Below are positions 8,852 to 13,444 of a stretch of DNA of 13,444 bases, piece by piece; positions within the stretch are counted from its first letter, which is position 1; every line of letters begins with the position of its first letter. The position numbers and the translations under genes were made by a program. The DNA is taken from positions 1-13,444 of the IMG/VR virus record IMGVR_UViG_2645727539_000014; one strand, given 5' to 3'. The notes below the pieces were generated by a model that saw only the letters and a list, made by a program, of their open reading frames with translations, had not been told where the DNA came from and ran no database searches. The DNA comes from a virus (taxonomy: Duplodnaviria > Heunggongvirae > Uroviricota > Caudoviricetes).

Positions 8852-9429
8852 ACACGGCAGCGGAAGCCATCCGTGCCCTGTCGATGCAGATGCCTGGATT
8901 CCGCCGTCAGATGAACGAAGGCTGGTACCAGATACGTATTCGCGGTGAGGACACGGCACCGGAGGCGGTGTACGCCCGTCTTCACGAACAGCTGGGTGAG
9001 GGAACGATCATCCACATTGTGCCGCGACTGGCCGGGGCCGGAAAAGGTGGACTGCAGATTGTGCTGGGGGCGGCAGCCATCGTGGGCTCTTTCTTCACTG
9101 CCGGGGCATCAATGGCGTTATGGGGTTCAGCCCTGGCAGCCGGTGGTTTTTCTGCCACCACGATGCTGTTTTCACTGGGGGCCAGCATGATACTGGGTGG
9201 TGTGGCTCAGATGCTGGCCCCGAAGGCTAAAGTACCGGAGTACAAAAGCACGGATAACGGTAAACAGAACACGTACTTTTCGTCACTGGACAATATGATT
9301 GCCCAGGGTAACCCGATGCCGGTGCCTTACGGGGAAATGCTGGTTGGCTCCCGGCGAATCTCTCAGGACATCAGTACCCGTGATGAAGGCGGTGGCGGGA
9401 AGGTCGTGGTTATCGGGCGGCAGAGGTAA
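8749..9429 (+). CDS. I: Tail assembly protein I
   Basis: ...ARICLHGDLQRFGRRL...GGLQIVLGAAAIVGSFFTAG...NGKQNTYFSSLDNMIAQGN... matches lambda gpI as recalled. Confidence 0.85.
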   Translation: MATTNAFSLASPPLARICLHGDLQRFGRRLSLYVNTAAEAIRALSMQMPGFRRQMNEGWYQIRIRGEDTAPEAVYARLHEQLGEGTIIHIVPRLAGAGKGGLQIVLGAAAIVGSFFTAGASMALWGSALAAGGFSATTMLFSLGASMILGGVAQMLAPKAKVPEYKSTDNGKQNTYFSSLDNMIAQGNPMPVPYGEMLVGSRRISQDISTRDEGGGGKVVVIGRQR

Positions 9430-9469
9430 AAAGAATAAAAAAATCCCGCAGTGTTGCGGAGCTGCGGGA
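9428..9469 (-). terminator. Minus-strand-oriented intrinsic terminator in the I-J intergenic island
   Basis: Hairpin TCCCGCAG-(10 nt loop)-CTGCGGGA at 9444-9469. On the minus strand it is followed by TTTTTTTATTCTTTTT; on the plus strand there is no downstream U-run. Confidence 0.4.
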
Positions 9470-9599
9470 GAGTTACGAAGATTAACTATAGAGAATTATT
9501 CTTATGTCACGACAAAAAACATTAACGCAGAGAAATTATTAGTACCACAGTCAGTTTGTGAAAATGTGAAGATATTCAGAATTTTTATTCAGTGATGAT

Positions 9600-9630
9600 A
9601 CAGGCATCCTCCGGGATGCCTGTTGTTTTT
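9600..9630 (+). terminator. Plus-strand intrinsic terminator immediately upstream of J
   Basis: ACAGGCATCC-TCCG-GGATGCCTGT, a 10-bp perfect stem with 4-nt loop, followed by TGTTTTT. It lies about 35 nt upstream of the J start codon. Confidence 0.55.
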
Positions 9631-9664
9631 GTGCGTAACAGTTATCACAGTAAAGGGTGAGACA

Positions 9665-12600
9665 ATGGGCAAAGGTGGCGGCAAGGCGCACACGCCGGTT
9701 GAGGCAAAGGACAATCTTAAGTCCACGCAGATGATGAGCGTGATTGATGCCATTGGTGAAGGGCCGATTGAAGGTCCGGTGAAGGGACTGCAGAGTATTC
9801 TGGTGAACAAAACCCCGCTGACGGACACTGACGGCAATCCTGTGATACACGGTGTGACCGCGGTCTGGCGCGCCGGGGAGCAGGAGCAGACACCACCCGA
9901 AGGCTTTGAGTCCTCCGGGGCGGAAACCGCACTGGGCGTGGAAGTGACGAAGGCAAAGCCGGTGACGCGCACCATTACATCCGCGAACATTGACCGCCTG
10001 CGGGTCACCTTCGGGGTGCAGTCACTGGTGCAGACCACGTCAAAGGGTGACCGAAACCCGACATCCGTCCGCCTGCTGATTCAGTTACAGCGTAACGGTA
10101 ACTGGGTGACGGAAAAGGATGTCACCATTAACGGCAAGACCACCTCGCAGTTTCTGGCGTCGGTGATTCTGGATAATCTGCCTCCCCGTCCTTTTAACAT
10201 CCGGATGGTCCGGGAGACAGCGGACAGCACCTCGGACCAGCTGCAGAATAAGACGCTCTGGTCGTCATACACCGAAATCATCGATGTGAAACAGTGCTAC
10301 CCGAACACGGCGATTGTGGGGCTGCAGGTGGATGCGGAGCAGTTTGGCGGTCAGCAGATGACGGTGAACTACCATATCCGAGGTCGCATCATCCTGGTGC
10401 CGTCAAACTATGACCCGGAAAAACGCACTTACAGCGGCATCTGGGACGGCAGCCTGAAACCGGCATACAGCAACAACCCGGCCTGGTGCCTGTGGGACAT
10501 GCTGACTCACCCGCGCTACGGCATGGGAAAACGTCTGGGGGCGGCGGATGTGGACAAGTGGGCGCTGTATGCCATCGGGCAGTACTGCGACCAGACGGTC
10601 CCGGATGGTTTCGGGGGCACAGAGCCGCGGATGACCTTTAATGCGTACCTGTCACAACAGCGTAAGGCGTGGGACGTTCTCAGTGATTTCTGCTCGGCGA
10701 TGCGCTGTATGCCGGTATGGAACGGCCAGACGCTGACGTTCGTTCAGGACCGCCCGTCGGATGTGGTGTGGCCGTACACCAACTGCGATGTGGTGGTGGA
10801 TGATAACGGCGTGGGGTTTCGCTACAGCTTCAGCGCCCTGAAGGACCGCCACACGGCGGTGGAGGTGAATTACACCGACCCGCAGAACGGCTGGCAGACC
10901 TCCACGGAACTGGTGGAAGACCCGGAAGCCATACTGCGCTACGGGCGCAACCTGCTGAAGATGGATGCGTTCGGTTGCACCAGTCGCGGTCAGGCCCACC
11001 GTGCCGGGCTGTGGGTGATAAAGACCGGACTGCTGGAAACGCAGACGGTGGATTTCACGCTCGGGTCACAGGGGCTGCGTCACACCCCCGGTGACATCAT
11101 TGAAATCTGTGATAACGACTACGCCGGTACCATGACCGGCGGACGTGTCCTGTCCATCGATGCCGCCAGCCGCACCCTGACACTGGACCGTGAGGTGACC
11201 CTGCCGGAGACAGGTGCCGCCACGGTGAACCTGATTAACGGCAGCGGTAAGCCGGTGAGCGTGGCCATCACTGCACACCCCGCGCCGGACCGGATACAGG
11301 TCAGCACCCTGCCTGATGGTGTGGAGACATACGGTGTATGGGGACTCTCCCTGCCGTCACTGCGTCGTCGCCTGTTCCGCTGTGTTTCCATCCGGGAAAA
11401 CACGGACGGCACCTTTGCCATCACGGCGGTGCAGCACGTACCGGAAAAAGAAGCCATCGTGGATAACGGGGCGCACTTTGACGGCGACCAGAGCGGCACG
11501 GTGAACGGGGTCACGCCGCCAGCGGTGCAGCACCTGACCGCAGAAGTCACCGCAGACAGCGGGGAATATCAGGTGCTGGCGCGCTGGGACACGCCGAAGG
11601 TGGTGAAGGGGGTGAGTTTTATGCTTCGCCTGACCGTGGCCGCGGATGACGGCAGTGAGCGGCTGGTCAGCACGGCCCGGACGACGGAAACCACATACCG
11701 CTTCACGCAACTGGCGCTGGGGAACTACAGGCTGACAGTCCGGGCGGTAAATGCGTGGGGACAGCAGGGCGATCCGGCATCGGTATCGTTCCGGATTGCC
11801 GCACCGGCAGCGCCGTCACAGATTGAGCTGACGCCGGGCTATTTTCAGATAACTGCCACGCCGCATCTTGCGGTTTATGATCCGACGGTACAGTTTGAGT
11901 TCTGGTTCTCGGAAACGCGGATTACCGATATCAGGCAGGTTGAAACCACAGCCCGCTACCTTGGCACGGGGCTGTACTGGATAGCCGCCAGTATCAATAT
12001 CAAACCGGGCCATGATTATTACTTTTATATCCGCAGTGTGAACACCGTTGGCAAATCGGCATTCGTGGAGGCCGTCGGTCGGGCGAGCGATGATGCGGAA
12101 GGTTACCTGGATTTTTTCAAAGGCAAGATAACCGAATCCCATCTCGGCAAGGAGCTGCTGGAAAAAGTCGAGCTGACGGAGGATAACGCCAGCAAACTGG
12201 AGGAGTTTTCGAAAGAGTGGCAGGACGCTAACGATAAGTGGAATGCCATGTGGGGCGTCAAAATTGAGCAGACCAAAGACGGCAAACATTATGTCGCGGG
12301 TATTGGCCTCAGCATGGAGGACACGGAAGAAGGCAAGCTGAGCCAGTTTCTGGTTGCCGCTAACCGTATCGCGTTTATTGACCCGGCAAACGGGAATGAA
12401 ACGCCGATGTTTGTGGCGCAGGGCAATCAGATATTTATGAACGACGTGTTCCTGAAGCGCCTGACGGCCCCGACCATTACCAGTGGTGGAAATCCACCGG
12501 CATTTTCCCTGACGTCAGACGGAAAGCTGACCGCTAAAAATGCGGATATCAGTGGCAGTGTGAATGCGAACGCCGGGACGCTCAACAATGTCACGGTAAA

Positions 12601-13078
12601 TGAAAACTGTACGATTAAGGGCATGCTGGAGGCGACTCAGGTCAGAGGTGACTTCGTTAAAGCTGTATCCAAATCATTCCCGAAACAGGCTGGTACGTGG
12701 GGTAACACGGAAACACCAAACGGGACGGTTACAGTCACCATCAGTGATGATCATAACTTTGACCGTCAAATCATTATTCCGCCCATTATCTTTAACGGAA
12801 TAGCGTATAGCTATCCGGGAAGTGGTAATAACCCGGGAGGTACAAGTTACACGGGTTATGGTTTTGAAGTTCGCAAAAACGGTGTATTAATCGCATCCAG
12901 AGAAACTAAAGGGGCCATTCCCGGTAGTTACAGTGCAGTTATTGATATGTCTAGTGGTGGTGGTAGCGTCACTCTGGAGTTTAAGATTTTCCAGAAAGGC
13001 AATCAGGGGGCAGGCAATATCACCGACTGTACGGTGATTGTGACCAAAAAAGCGGCTTCCGGCATCAGTATTCGTTGA
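9665..13078 (+). CDS. J: Tail tip / central fibre host-specificity protein J, with a divergent C-terminal receptor-binding region
   Basis: N-terminus [39 protein letters not shown], and long stretches further in, match lambda J as recalled. About 1137 aa from ATG 9665 (RBS AAGGGTGAG); the ORF-track start at 9623 is a TTG inside the terminator. The last ~150 aa differ from lambda J. Confidence 0.95.
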   Translation: MGKGGGKAHTPVEAKDNLKSTQMMSVIDAIGEGPIEGPVKGLQSILVNKTPLTDTDGNPVIHGVTAVWRAGEQEQTPPEGFESSGAETALGVEVTKAKPVTRTITSANIDRLRVTFGVQSLVQTTSKGDRNPTSVRLLIQLQRNGNWVTEKDVTINGKTTSQFLASVILDNLPPRPFNIRMVRETADSTSDQLQNKTLWSSYTEIIDVKQCYPNTAIVGLQVDAEQFGGQQMTVNYHIRGRIILVPSNYDPEKRTYSGIWDGSLKPAYSNNPAWCLWDMLTHPRYGMGKRLGAADVDKWALYAIGQYCDQTVPDGFGGTEPRMTFNAYLSQQRKAWDVLSDFCSAMRCMPVWNGQTLTFVQDRPSDVVWPYTNCDVVVDDNGVGFRYSFSALKDRHTAVEVNYTDPQNGWQTSTELVEDPEAILRYGRNLLKMDAFGCTSRGQAHRAGLWVIKTGLLETQTVDFTLGSQGLRHTPGDIIEICDNDYAGTMTGGRVLSIDAASRTLTLDREVTLPETGAATVNLINGSGKPVSVAITAHPAPDRIQVSTLPDGVETYGVWGLSLPSLRRRLFRCVSIRENTDGTFAITAVQHVPEKEAIVDNGAHFDGDQSGTVNGVTPPAVQHLTAEVTADSGEYQVLARWDTPKVVKGVSFMLRLTVAADDGSERLVSTARTTETTYRFTQLALGNYRLTVRAVNAWGQQGDPASVSFRIAAPAAPSQIELTPGYFQITATPHLAVYDPTVQFEFWFSETRITDIRQVETTARYLGTGLYWIAASINIKPGHDYYFYIRSVNTVGKSAFVEAVGRASDDAEGYLDFFKGKITESHLGKELLEKVELTEDNASKLEEFSKEWQDANDKWNAMWGVKIEQTKDGKHYVAGIGLSMEDTEEGKLSQFLVAANRIAFIDPANGNETPMFVAQGNQIFMNDVFLKRLTAPTITSGGNPPAFSLTSDGKLTAKNADISGSVNANAGTLNNVTVNENCTIKGMLEATQVRGDFVKAVSKSFPKQAGTWGNTETPNGTVTVTISDDHNFDRQIIIPPIIFNGIAYSYPGSGNNPGGTSYTGYGFEVRKNGVLIASRETKGAIPGSYSAVIDMSSGGGSVTLEFKIFQKGNQGAGNITDCTVIVTKKAASGISIR

Positions 13079-13100
13079 AATATTTATAACCCCAATAAAT

Positions 13101-13126
13101 GGCGTCAGGAATGACGCCTTTTTTAT
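13101..13126 (+). terminator. Rho-independent terminator downstream of J
   Basis: GGCGTCA-GGAA-TGACGCC followed by TTTTTTATT. Confidence 0.6.
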
Positions 13127-13148
13127 TGCAGAAAAGCGAGAGGTAATT

Positions 13149-13444
13149 ATGCGTAAAGTTTGTGCAGCCATTTTGTCCGCAGCCATCTGTCTGTCCGTAT
13201 CCGGTGCGCCTGCATGGGCGTCTGAACATCAGTCCACACTGAGCGCGGGGTATCTTCATGCCCGGACGAACGCTCCCGGTAGCGATAATCTTAACGGGAT
13301 TAACGTGAAATACCGTTATGAATTTACGGACACGCTGGGGCTGGTGACGTCATTCAGCTATGCAGGAGACAAGAATCGCCAGCTTACCCGTTACAGCGAT
13401 ACCCGCTGGCATGAAGATTCCGTGCGTAACCGCTGGTTCAGCGT
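13149..13444 (+). CDS. lom: Lom/Ail/PagC/OmpX-family outer-membrane beta-barrel protein, 5' part only; continues beyond the window end
   Basis: [24 protein letters not shown] is a signal peptide with an AWA-S cleavage site. The following ...[10 protein letters not shown]...[24 protein letters not shown]... is typical of the first strands of Ail/Lom barrels. It sits immediately downstream of J as lom does in lambda, with a GAGAGG RBS. Confidence 0.8.

Noticed and set aside
9299-9595. 98-aa plus-strand ORF spanning the 3' end of I and the I-J intergenic island
   Set aside because: It is out of frame within I for most of its length and has no RBS. It is probably a chance ORF, although the AT-rich island itself is flagged as a finding.
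9551-10038. Minus-strand ORFs (99 aa and 149 aa) overlapping the J start, and the TTG 9623 start for J
   Set aside because: They are antisense to, or upstream extensions of, the well-supported J gene. The true J start is ATG 9665, matching the lambda J N-terminus MGKG...; the minus ORFs run through terminator hairpins.

Overview
This window is the tail-morphogenesis (late) module of a lambdoid enterobacterial prophage, interrupted at its left edge by an IS3-family insertion sequence. Positions 1-657 are the left part of an IS911-like element on the minus strand (OrfA, the A_AAA_AAG frameshift site, the start of OrfB running off the window, and a terminal inverted repeat). The IS abuts a colinear plus-strand operon: three small head-tail joining genes (HK97-type by family and position), a major tail protein with an in-frame C-terminal Ig-like domain, a G/GT-type tail assembly chaperone pair with a -1 slippery heptamer, a tape measure protein of about 1088 aa, then clear homologues of lambda M, L, K, I and J, and the start of a Lom/Ail-family outer-membrane protein. 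Two things stand out as accessory cargo: an AT-rich lipoprotein gene with its own terminator inserted between the chaperone and the tape measure gene, and an AT-rich 235-bp non-coding island with two oppositely oriented terminator hairpins between I and J. The 3' end of J is also AT-rich and diverges from the lambda J C-terminus, consistent with a swapped receptor-binding domain. All calls come from reading the sequence and ORF translations against recalled family knowledge; no database search was run, and GC content was judged by eye, not computed.
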